Source: a virus (lineage: Duplodnaviria > Heunggongvirae > Uroviricota > Caudoviricetes). From it: 45,612 bases of DNA. The DNA is taken from IMG/VR virus record IMGVR_UViG_3300028805_001692, positions 1 to 45,612 of that record; one strand, given 5' to 3'. Positions 9,525 to 17,891 of this stretch are shown piece by piece (within the stretch, counting starts at the first letter, position 1; every line of letters starts with the position of its first letter). Both the position numbers and the translations under genes were made by a program. Under the pieces are notes generated by a model, which searched no databases, was not told the DNA's origin, and worked only from the letters and a program-made list of their open reading frames with translations.

Positions 9525-10259
9525 AACTAATAATGATACAATATACGTCTTGGATGAATTGAAATTTTGCCGATTTCGAGATACAAGTGTATAATGCTAC
9601 CGCATCAAAGAAAAGGACTGGCTGGAGTATCCTCAAAATTATATTGGTATGTGTGGGAAAGTTGGATTTTAAACAAAACTAATAGTGATACAATTCGGAT
9701 GTTGTCATCGTCATGAGTCCTAAAAGAAGGATAAGCTGGAAAAGTTATTTGACGAAGTAATATATTCCAAAACTAGTATCTAAGATTCACCCTCCTAAAA
9801 TAAATAGTAGGATTTTAAACAAAACTAATAGTGATACAATTTGCTGAGCGCACAGGTTCACTTGAAATCGGTATTAGTAAACAGTAGCTGTTCAACCGAA
9901 GCGAACCGCATAATAATAATAACTAATAATGATACAATGGCATACTGCTTCCGCATATCCGCCTCACTAAATAGATAGTAGACTTTTGAATAAAACTAAT
10001 AATGATACAATGCAGTCTTATACGAGTTAAAAGCTCACGCTAGGCGTGAGCATTAACATCAACACGTTGAATCCCAATGGGGTAGTAGGCTTTTGAACAA
10101 AACTAATAGTGATACAATTGACAGGTTTCAGAAGTTAATTCTATATTCTTCGTCATCGGTTCAGTCATACCCTTCAATATCCGTCTTCGCATCATTTGGT
10201 TCTGCCTTTCTTATAATATTGGTTCACCACATAATCATAGAAACTAATAATGATACAAC
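9525..10259 (-). CRISPR. Non-canonical CRISPR-like array: 7 repeats, long irregular spacers, associated with IscB
   Basis: 18-nt core ATTGTATCA(C/T)TATTAGTT (minus strand) at 9525-42, 9677-94, 9823-40, 9921-38, 9994-10011, 10101-18 and 10242-59 (last copy starts with G). Four copies extend to about 36 nt (...TTTT(G/A)TT(C/T)AAAA(G/T)(C/T)C(T/A)ACT). Core-to-core gaps 134, 128, 80, 55, 89, 123 nt, all unique. Confidence 0.85.
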
Positions 10260-10272
10260 CCTAATTTCCATC

Positions 10273-11547
10273 TTAATCATGAGTGAACTGAAGCAGATAA
10301 CTTCCATGCATCCTTCTTAAGAATCTCACATCAGAAGTTCTTACTGTAAATGGAGTCATTTTACCTTTTGCATTTGGCTTTCTTGTGACATAATTACCGT
10401 TAATATCCTTTAAGTACACTCTCCCATTTGAACTTCCACTAATAAAACACTTAATTCCGTTCCATAGAACAAGGTCTCTTTTCTGTAAACCACTATTACC
10501 TATCATATGGGAAGTTGTTTCAGCTTTACGTATACCTCCCTTTTGAGGAACTTGCCTATGTAAAGACCTAGTATGCCTTCTGTTAAGCTTATACTGGTAG
10601 AATCCACCAAGTCTGTCAGCCTCCAGGTTACCAGTCATGACAAATGCATCGCTAGTATGGGACTTCTCAATCCCACCCCTTAAGCGGTTAGCTTTGGTTA
10701 TGTAACCATACGTAGTATTAACATTGCCATATAGCTCTTTTACTTTCCAGAACACGGGTTTACCGATTGTCGATACTGATGTTTGGTTTTTGAAACTAGT
10801 AAGCTTTTTCACATTAAGTTCAAATTCACCATTATGTAGCTTCTTATGACAATCCTCACACAATGTGATAAGATTCCCAACCGCATCAGTACCGCCTTGT
10901 GACCTATATTGAATGTGGTGTACGTGAAGTGTTTCGCACCCACTTTCTCCGTGACAATGCTGGCACTCGTGTCTATCCCTAATTAAAACATACTCTCTGG
11001 CGTTTTCAAACCCAAACAATTCACCATGCTGGTACTCCTCACCTTGAATATCTGGATTCTGTAGTTTCTGAATATCAAACGGAGCAATTTCAATGGTTAT
11101 GTTAGAAACAGGCAGAATCTTATGGACACGCTGAATGGCTTTCATGTGTTCGTCAAACCTATTCCTTGATGTAGGGGTTAACCATCCATTTGGTCTTTTC
11201 CTATTATCAAAACGTGGTTTTCTGTACCTAGTCTTTCTGTTACGTCTAGTACTCCTAGATTCACGCCTAGAAAGTATAAGACCTGGAATCTCTTTACTGC
11301 GAAGTTCTACTTGAGCAGCATAAAGTTCTTTAGAAGATGTTGATGCAGATAAACCTATATACCTAGAACCAGTATCAACCCCCAGATTTATTTCTTGGAG
11401 GTTCTCGCCAGAAACATAGTCAAGCTGGATTGTAAAAGGAACGGTAGAAACCACGTGGGCTTTACCTTCCTTCAAAAGTCTCCTAACTTTTCCATGCCTT
11501 GTTGTTGGCATTATAGGCTTGCCATCCTTGTTTAATACGTAAACCAT
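10273..11547 (-). CDS. iscB: IscB RNA-guided endonuclease (OMEGA), 424 aa
   Basis: PLMP domain (MVYVLNKDGKPIMP); RuvC-I GVDTG; Arg-rich bridge helix; RuvC-II IEIAPFD; HNH with CxxC...HHI...NL..LC..CH; RuvC-III SHTSDA. Catalytic motifs appear intact. Confidence 0.92.
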   Translation of the reverse strand: MVYVLNKDGKPIMPTTRHGKVRRLLKEGKAHVVSTVPFTIQLDYVSGENLQEINLGVDTGSRYIGLSASTSSKELYAAQVELRSKEIPGLILSRRESRSTRRNRKTRYRKPRFDNRKRPNGWLTPTSRNRFDEHMKAIQRVHKILPVSNITIEIAPFDIQKLQNPDIQGEEYQHGELFGFENAREYVLIRDRHECQHCHGESGCETLHVHHIQYRSQGGTDAVGNLITLCEDCHKKLHNGEFELNVKKLTSFKNQTSVSTIGKPVFWKVKELYGNVNTTYGYITKANRLRGGIEKSHTSDAFVMTGNLEADRLGGFYQYKLNRRHTRSLHRQVPQKGGIRKAETTSHMIGNSGLQKRDLVLWNGIKCFISGSSNGRVYLKDINGNYVTRKPNAKGKMTPFTVRTSDVRFLRRMHGSYLLQFTHD

Positions 11548-11559
11548 TTGTTTAATTTT

Positions 11560-11750
11560 AAAAATGTTATAAACCGTCAAATAAATGACGTTGTGTACCC
11601 ATCGCTAATGTTGGTTGGAGGTTTTCACTAGAAAGACATTCTCGCTAGCCGCAGGGTTTGGGGCTTGGGTAACAACTCCAAAGTGCCTATATATTCTCCC
11701 TCAACGTAGTCCTCGAAGGACTTAAGCTAATCGTATCATATTAGTTTTGT
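11560..11750 (-). ncRNA. Guide-less omegaRNA scaffold with 5' anti-repeat (tracrRNA-like)
   Basis: Directly upstream of iscB, same strand. Omega-RNA-type elements: UUAGCUUAAG-(GUCCU UCG AGGAC)-UACGUU, AUAGGCAC-UUUGGAG...CCCAAGCCCCAAACC-CUGC, AACAUUAGCGAUGGG. The first 21 nt are complementary to the array repeat. 3' end approximate. Confidence 0.8.
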
Positions 11751-11754
11751 GGCG

Positions 11755-11796
11755 CAAAGATATATAAAAAAAACGAGATAACCAAAAGTTATCCCG
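11755..11796 (-). promoter_or_regulatory. Host-type promoter for scaffold-iscB-array, fused to the upstream terminator
   Basis: TTTG 11786-11783, N20, TATCTTTG 11762-11755; predicted TSS about 11748-11750; hairpin 11774-11796. Confidence 0.85.
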
Positions 11797-11817
11797 ATTA
11801 TTAATATTTTTTAACAA

Positions 11818-12276
11818 TTATTCCATCCACCAAGGTTTCAATAAAGCTACAGAATAATTTCCAATTTTTTTATAGACATAAAGAGTCCCAGCAAAATCAT
11901 CATTAAATTCTTCAATAATCATATTCTTCAATTTCCTAGTCCCACAATTACCGAAATATAATCCAGAAATATTTTCAGCAGTATCTGTTAATTCACATTT
12001 ATCACCATTCATGAAAAACCTTAATTCATCTAATTTCTTTTTCTTTTCGTTTTCATCTTGTGCATTTTGGTACTCTTGACGCATTGACTTCAAAGTAAGC
12101 CTATTATCATTCAACACGTCCCCTAACAAATCAGTGCTAATTATGTGCGAAAGACCATTATTTGTCTTGCGTATTTTAATAAGACCATTCTCTATAGCCC
12201 TTTCACATAAATCAACGTCAAACATAAGTTTATTAAAACCGTTTAACTCTTTAAAAAAATCAATATATTCACTCAT
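11818..12276 (-). CDS. Hypothetical AT-rich protein (start MSEYIDFF)
   Basis: First ATG after the promoter at 12295-12325. Confidence 0.6.
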   Translation of the reverse strand: MSEYIDFFKELNGFNKLMFDVDLCERAIENGLIKIRKTNNGLSHIISTDLLGDVLNDNRLTLKSMRQEYQNAQDENEKKKKLDELRFFMNGDKCELTDTAENISGLYFGNCGTRKLKNMIIEEFNDDFAGTLYVYKKIGNYSVALLKPWWME

Positions 12277-12294
12277 AACTCCTATTTTTTTTTG

Positions 12295-12339
12295 CAAAGA
12301 TATATAAAAAAATCGAGATTTCAAAATAAAATCCCGATT
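12295..12339 (-). promoter_or_regulatory. Host-type promoter fused to terminator hairpin
   Basis: TTTG 12325-12322, N19, TATCTTTG 12302-12295; hairpin 12311-12339. Confidence 0.8.
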
Positions 12340-12347
12340 ATGTTCAA

Positions 12348-13499
12348 TTATCTTACAAACAATCCAAGTGGCTTATTCTTTAACACCTTTATAAGCTGGT
12401 CACTCATGTTACTCTGTTTCTCCATTAAGTTCCAAGGTGTCATCCTATCCAACCTCTCCTTAAGTTCATTAAGTACCGTTTCCTTCTCAGACTTACCCTG
12501 TTCAAGAAGCATATTGTAATCCATCTGCATCTCAGCCTCTGGAATCTTCACAGCACCACTGTACGTACCTCTTATAATACCAAGCAGTATCTTAGCCTCA
12601 GCAACAAGTAAACGTCTTATAATCTGTTGTGTTGGATTATTCATCAGCTCATATCTCATCTTATCCAATGGAACTTGGTCTGGTGTTATGATAATGTCAT
12701 CCCTATTTTCAAGCCTACATTGCTCAATATCGTCTGGACTTCCAGATGTATCATAGTATGTATACCACACGTAGCAGCTTGCATACCTATTCCAACCCCA
12801 TGTATCATCAGCAGCAACACCGCCAACCATGTTTGGAGAGCCTGGAACTGAAAGAAGATGTACAAGGTGTGTACCTTCTGGTCCTGCCGTTACCTTATAA
12901 GCCAAGTCACCCCTAAGGAGTGAGTTCTTGTACTTAAGGTCAGCAGCCATAAGAGCCGTATCGTATGCTGAACCCACATAGAATCCTGTAAGTCCAAGTC
13001 CATTACCCATGTTACCATACTGTCCGAATCCACCACCTATACCTGTATCAAGAGTACCCAAGTTACCATAAAGAGCTGCCTTGGTAGTTGATGGGGTAAC
13101 ATACATCACCTTATTAATCTCACGTCCCGCTGGGATTACATATACCTGCTTTCCACGTTCAACCTGGAAGAAATCTTTCTTGAGTTCGTAATGTCCTCTC
13201 TGCTGCAACCCAACCTCACGTGAGAACCAGTATGAGAAATCACGTGACCAGTCCATTGTACGAACGGTCATGGCATATGCCAGTTCGCTTGCATTCTGGA
13301 ACTGTATAACATTCTTGTTCTGCATATTGAGCCACTGTGTCTCTATCACCCAGTTCTGAACCTTCTCAGAGTAGTCACCTATAGCTACGTCCAGGAGGTC
13401 GCACAACTGCTCATCCTCAAGCTGTACGATACGTATAGGAGCACCCAACATCGTTCTCACTGTACGGAATAGTGACTTCATATCTTCTGTTAAAATCAT
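12348..13499 (-). CDS. Neck / head-completion protein (T4 gp13-like)
   Basis: MLGAPIRIVQLEDEQL N-terminus and ...LLEQGKSEKETVLNEL C-terminus parallel gp13. Confidence 0.7.
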   Translation of the reverse strand: MILTEDMKSLFRTVRTMLGAPIRIVQLEDEQLCDLLDVAIGDYSEKVQNWVIETQWLNMQNKNVIQFQNASELAYAMTVRTMDWSRDFSYWFSREVGLQQRGHYELKKDFFQVERGKQVYVIPAGREINKVMYVTPSTTKAALYGNLGTLDTGIGGGFGQYGNMGNGLGLTGFYVGSAYDTALMAADLKYKNSLLRGDLAYKVTAGPEGTHLVHLLSVPGSPNMVGGVAADDTWGWNRYASCYVWYTYYDTSGSPDDIEQCRLENRDDIIITPDQVPLDKMRYELMNNPTQQIIRRLLVAEAKILLGIIRGTYSGAVKIPEAEMQMDYNMLLEQGKSEKETVLNELKERLDRMTPWNLMEKQSNMSDQLIKVLKNKPLGLFVR

Positions 13500-13543
13500 A
13501 GTAAACCAAATTATTTACTATAAATATAAAAAGGTGGTTATTT

Positions 13544-14035
13544 CTAACCACCATTATCCAAATTAATTACTTTAAATTCTCCCTCTTCCTTTTTCCATAT
13601 CCTTTGGTTCTTTGAACCTCTAAAGGCTAAACTAACGTCTCTTTCTTCTTCAATAAACTTACCATCTACCACATAATCAAGGTAGTTCAAAATCTCACTC
13701 ATGTGCTCTTGTACGTATTCGAGCGTAAAACCTGTATACAGCCAAATATCCTTCTCTGGATATTTCTCTTTCAATTCCTTTGCCAAGGATAAAACATCTT
13801 CATAAGAACAAAGTGGGTCGCCTCCCGAAAAAGTGACACCTTTAAGATAAGGTATCGTCAATAACTCAAATATTTTCTGTTTATCGTCATCCGTGAACTC
13901 ACGTCCACCGTTAAAATCCCATGTCTCTGGGTTGTGGCATCCTTTACAGTGATGTACGCACCCAGACACCCATATGGTTATTCTGAATCCAATACCGTTA
14001 TTTAGGTCTGGGTACGTTATCTTGTTTACTTTCAT
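13544..14035 (-). CDS. nrdG: Anaerobic ribonucleotide reductase activase
   Basis: SGCVHHCKGCHNPETW, GVTFSGGDP, FRGSKNQR; follows nrdD. Confidence 0.95.
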   Translation of the reverse strand: MKVNKITYPDLNNGIGFRITIWVSGCVHHCKGCHNPETWDFNGGREFTDDDKQKIFELLTIPYLKGVTFSGGDPLCSYEDVLSLAKELKEKYPEKDIWLYTGFTLEYVQEHMSEILNYLDYVVDGKFIEEERDVSLAFRGSKNQRIWKKEEGEFKVINLDNGG

Positions 14036-14038
14036 AAA

Positions 14039-16249
14039 TTAAAATTCTTTAATGTGCTTTACCCTATCCTTGACCTCTTCCTGCTTACCGAAGTTGAAGG
14101 CCGTCTTGTAATCCCCCGTGAGATACCCTGTCACTCTACGCAATCTGCTGATGTTCTTTCCACCGCACATTGGACAAGTATCACCCATTTCATCGGTATA
14201 TCCACAGTCCTCGCATGTGTCATTAGGTACATTAATTGCGAAGTAAGGTATGTTCTTATCCATTGCATAGAGTACTATAGCCTCAAGTGCATCTATGTTA
14301 TGTTTCGTCGTACTAGGAAGCTCTACGTATGTAATACATCCTGCTGTAGAGAAACTTGTAAGCTTAGATTCTATGTCTATCTTCTGGAATGGTGACATAT
14401 CATGCCATACTGGAACGTGCATTGAGTTTGTGAAATACTCTCTGTCAGATACATTAGGTATGACACCATATCTATCTCTGAACTTCTTAAGTGCTGTATG
14501 ACACAGGTTCTCAGCTGGTGTGAAATATACACCGAAGTTAAGCTGGTATTTCTCCTTGAAGTCCTTAATTTTCTTACTGAATAGTGTCTCTATCTCAGTT
14601 GCAAGTTTCATTCCCTCGTCGGTTGTATGGTCTGTCTGTATAAGTGCCTGTAACGTTTCAGCAAGTCCAAGCTGTCCAAGCGCAAGAGTTCCATGCTTAA
14701 GTGCTGAACGTATGCCTTCCTCTGGAACGTATCCAGCCATTGTACCATTCTCCCACATAAACTTAGCTGAAGCTGGTGACTGACTGCATATCCATTCAAA
14801 TCTCTCAATAAGCATATCCTTAGCTTCATCAATCTTCTTGGAGAGAATCTTCATAAATTCTTCTACAACCTCATCGTTGGAATATACCCTATCTTCCTTC
14901 TTAGCCTTCTCTTCAACCTTCTCCTTAGCTTCCATAGCCAATGTAGGCATGATAACGGTTACAGGGCATATATTACCTCTACCGTCTTTGAGCTGTCCGA
15001 ATCCGTTGATGTCAAATCCGTTTGCTGTCCTACAGCCCATAGTGCTGAAATAAGTCCTTGGGTCGTTAGGGTCATAGCCTGCGTTACCAGTCCAGTCACA
15101 GTTAGCGTAGTTAGGATAAAGTCTCTGTGATGTAGACTTGAGGGCAAGCTTGAATAAATCATAGTTAGGGTCTCCTTCTGCCTTATTTACACCATGCATC
15201 ATCTGGAAGATACCGCATGGGAATATAGGTGTCTTATGATGTTTTCCGACTCCCTCTATAGAACCATCAAGAAGTGCCTTGATTACCATTCTTCCCTCTG
15301 GAAGTGTGCATGTTCCATAGTTTATTGATGTGAATGGGAGTTGATTTCCGCTTCTGCTCTGTAATGTATTGAGGTTATGGTACATACCCTCAACAGCCTG
15401 TGTAAGTTCTTTCTGTGTCTGTTCAATAGCGTATGTGTATACGTTACCACTCTCCTTATATTTCTCGTCCTCTATGGACATTGAGTCATTAAACTCGCTT
15501 AAATCTTTTACTCCTTCTATATATCTTGCCCCGTTCTTGAAGTGCTTGTAGAATGATTTACGTACATATGGGACCATCGTCCAATCAAGGTGTGTTGCTG
15601 ATACACCACCAAACTGCTGTAAACTCTGTAGCTGGAAAATCACTGCAACAAGCTGCATTGCTGTATTGATACTGTTGGCTGGTCTCACATCTGTCTGTCT
15701 TGTATTGAATCCCTTTGCCAGGAGGTCATCAAACGGTATGGAAAGGCAGTTATGCATTCCAGCAGCATAAGAATCTAGGTCATGGATGTAGACTTCGTTA
15801 TTTAGGTGATTGTTTCTTGATTTCCTGGACATGCAGTACTTCAGTGCGTAGTCCTTCAATACAAGTCTATTGACCTCACCCATCCTTCCACCGAAGGAAT
15901 GTTCATCTACATTTGCATTCTGGTTTGTTACATTTGTGGCAAGGAGCTTCTTAGTAATATCCTTGTACAACTTGTCCCTGTTCTCACGAATAAGTTTATG
16001 ATTGTATCTGTAGATAATATAGGCTTTTGCAACCTCCTTGTCAACTTCCATCAGACATTTCTCTACATTATCCTGTATATCCTCTACGTGTACAGTATCG
16101 TTTGACTGAATGTTGTAAATCTTTCTGATACAATCAATTACGGTGTAGTTAGGTTCTTTCCCACATGATTCAAACGCCCTCTCAATAGCACTTTCTATCT
16201 TCTGAATTTGGAACAATTCTTCTGTTTTGTCACGCTTAATTACTTGCAT
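14039..16249 (-). CDS. nrdD: Class III anaerobic ribonucleoside-triphosphate reductase (start MQVIKRD)
   Basis: ATP cone VIKRD; HNCLSIP; MGCRT; CEDC/CPMC zinc site; RRVTGYL glycyl-radical motif. Confidence 0.95.
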   Translation of the reverse strand: MQVIKRDKTEELFQIQKIESAIERAFESCGKEPNYTVIDCIRKIYNIQSNDTVHVEDIQDNVEKCLMEVDKEVAKAYIIYRYNHKLIRENRDKLYKDITKKLLATNVTNQNANVDEHSFGGRMGEVNRLVLKDYALKYCMSRKSRNNHLNNEVYIHDLDSYAAGMHNCLSIPFDDLLAKGFNTRQTDVRPANSINTAMQLVAVIFQLQSLQQFGGVSATHLDWTMVPYVRKSFYKHFKNGARYIEGVKDLSEFNDSMSIEDEKYKESGNVYTYAIEQTQKELTQAVEGMYHNLNTLQSRSGNQLPFTSINYGTCTLPEGRMVIKALLDGSIEGVGKHHKTPIFPCGIFQMMHGVNKAEGDPNYDLFKLALKSTSQRLYPNYANCDWTGNAGYDPNDPRTYFSTMGCRTANGFDINGFGQLKDGRGNICPVTVIMPTLAMEAKEKVEEKAKKEDRVYSNDEVVEEFMKILSKKIDEAKDMLIERFEWICSQSPASAKFMWENGTMAGYVPEEGIRSALKHGTLALGQLGLAETLQALIQTDHTTDEGMKLATEIETLFSKKIKDFKEKYQLNFGVYFTPAENLCHTALKKFRDRYGVIPNVSDREYFTNSMHVPVWHDMSPFQKIDIESKLTSFSTAGCITYVELPSTTKHNIDALEAIVLYAMDKNIPYFAINVPNDTCEDCGYTDEMGDTCPMCGGKNISRLRRVTGYLTGDYKTAFNFGKQEEVKDRVKHIKEF

Positions 16250-16382
16250 AAACAAAAGTTCTTTTTTTAATAAATTATTTTCATTTTTTTCGGTCAACCT
16301 TTTGGTATAATTTTTAAATCATTGCAATGTTAAAATAAATATACCCTCGGAGGATAAAAACAAGGCCGAAAAAATAAAAAAA

Positions 16383-16415
16383 TGGCTACCAGCATATCTA
16401 ACTTACTGATAGCCA
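16383..16415 (-). terminator. Intrinsic terminator after helicase
   Basis: RNA stem UGGCUAUCAGUA/UGCUGGUAGCCA plus U tract. Confidence 0.75.
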
Positions 16416-16472
16416 AGTTGGTGGGAGATAAAAAAAAAATCCCATAAAAATTTTGGCTATTTTTGCCATGTT

Positions 16473-17879
16473 TTATTTACCTTTGGAAAGGCGAAATACT
16501 TCACTTGCGAGAGCTGTACTATCCTCTTGTTGTTTCCTCTTTACTTCAAGGAAATTCTCGTATTCATCGACACTATCGGTGCTTATTCTACACGTTCCGT
16601 TGTTGAAATCTACACCATTCAATACCTTTCCACTCTTACCAGCCCTGTTCTTAAGGATGGCGATTGTTGCCTTGTTGTTACTAATGTCTTCTACTGTTCT
16701 GGCTATAGACATTATAACGTGTGCTATCTGGGCTTTCTTGACAGAGCCACCTATCTTATCCATAGTGACAAGTTCGAGATTTATAGAGTCCTTAGTACCC
16801 TGTGACGGGACCCATATCGCCATGTCCAGCTCTCCAGCCATAGCCTCTAACCTACGCATGGTCTTACCCTCTTTTTCAAACTCATTACTTGTTGACTTGT
16901 CATTCTCATGTTCCAAACATTCGAAGTAATCGATGATAGTAAGCTCTGGTTTGAAACCACTATTGATGAGTTTCTTGATGAATTTCTCAATTTGTCTCGC
17001 TGTTTTCTCACCACTTGGGAACTTAACTATCCTAAGATTCTCCTGTAACTTTTCCTTGTCTTTGAACTCTTCAAGTGTTTTCTTCACCTGTTCCACAATT
17101 CCTGGCTTTGACAAGTCCTTTGCCTCAATGCCAGTAATTCTTCCGATATGTTTTCTCTGAATCTGCTTAATTCTGTCCTCAAACACAATCTGTAAAACCT
17201 TATGACCATTCACAGCTGCATGTGAAGCCATAGCAGTTGTAAGTGATGTCTTACCGAAAGATGTAGGTCCAATAATAACACCAAGTTCACCTCTTCCAAG
17301 TCCACCTTCCAGTATTTCATCAATCTTTCCTATACCAGTTGGTATTGGCGTTCTATAATCGTCGGATAGGGTTTCATTGATATGGTCGAATAGGCATTCA
17401 CCATAATCATTATGTACGCCCTTGCTCATTGCATCATTCAAAAGATTCACGCAGGCTTCGAACTTATCAGAATCACCCTTTCCAGCAATTTTCAGAATCT
17501 CATTTGCTGTCTTTACGATATTCTGCTGTCTGAAGAATTTCTCAGCAAGTTCCCTAGTTCTTTCAACCCCATCAGATGGAGCATTCTTAACCTTATCAAG
17601 AACTGCGAGGTATGTCTCAGTCTCCTTGTCGGAGTGAGATATGTTCCTAAGCTCTATCTCCATATACTCATACCTAGGAACATTTCCCTCTCGCTCATAA
17701 TAGTTCTTCATCACACCCACAAACGTCTTAAGGTTTGGGTCTGTGAACATGTTTTGGTCAATTATTGGGCTTAAATCCTCGAAGAATGTGTGGTTTTCCA
17801 TGAACTCATGGGCTAATTTATACTGGTATATCTCTCCCAGATATCCTAAATTATCCTTTCTCTGTTGAGTCATCGTCAA
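16473..17879 (-). CDS. Replicative DnaB-like helicase (gp41-like)
   Basis: GELGVIIGPTSFGKT Walker A; IIDY Walker B; ILKNRAG. Confidence 0.9.
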   Translation of the reverse strand: MTMTQQRKDNLGYLGEIYQYKLAHEFMENHTFFEDLSPIIDQNMFTDPNLKTFVGVMKNYYEREGNVPRYEYMEIELRNISHSDKETETYLAVLDKVKNAPSDGVERTRELAEKFFRQQNIVKTANEILKIAGKGDSDKFEACVNLLNDAMSKGVHNDYGECLFDHINETLSDDYRTPIPTGIGKIDEILEGGLGRGELGVIIGPTSFGKTSLTTAMASHAAVNGHKVLQIVFEDRIKQIQRKHIGRITGIEAKDLSKPGIVEQVKKTLEEFKDKEKLQENLRIVKFPSGEKTARQIEKFIKKLINSGFKPELTIIDYFECLEHENDKSTSNEFEKEGKTMRRLEAMAGELDMAIWVPSQGTKDSINLELVTMDKIGGSVKKAQIAHVIMSIARTVEDISNNKATIAILKNRAGKSGKVLNGVDFNNGTCRISTDSVDEYENFLEVKRKQQEDSTALASEVFRLSKGK

Positions 17880-17891
17880 AACCTCCCTTTA

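Noticed and set aside
9675-10106. Repeats acting as promoters (TAGTTTTG matches the -7 box in three copies; similar boxes at 9634-41 and 9768-75)
   Set aside because: No TTTG at 19-21 nt spacing, the match is lost in four copies, and anti-repeat pairing explains the conservation better. Not excluded without TSS data.
9525-10259. Canonical Cas1-type CRISPR array or Cas9 locus
   Set aside because: Spacer lengths are irregular, repeats are partly truncated, no cas genes are in the window, and the nuclease has a PLMP domain and IscB size.
10093-10320. 75-aa plus-strand ORF across the array
   Set aside because: It spans repeats and a spacer antisense to iscB, with no recognisable motif.
10273-11760. 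Active IS200/IS605 transposon
   Set aside because: No tnpA and no recognisable end structure or cis guide; the unit is bounded by phage promoter/terminator modules.
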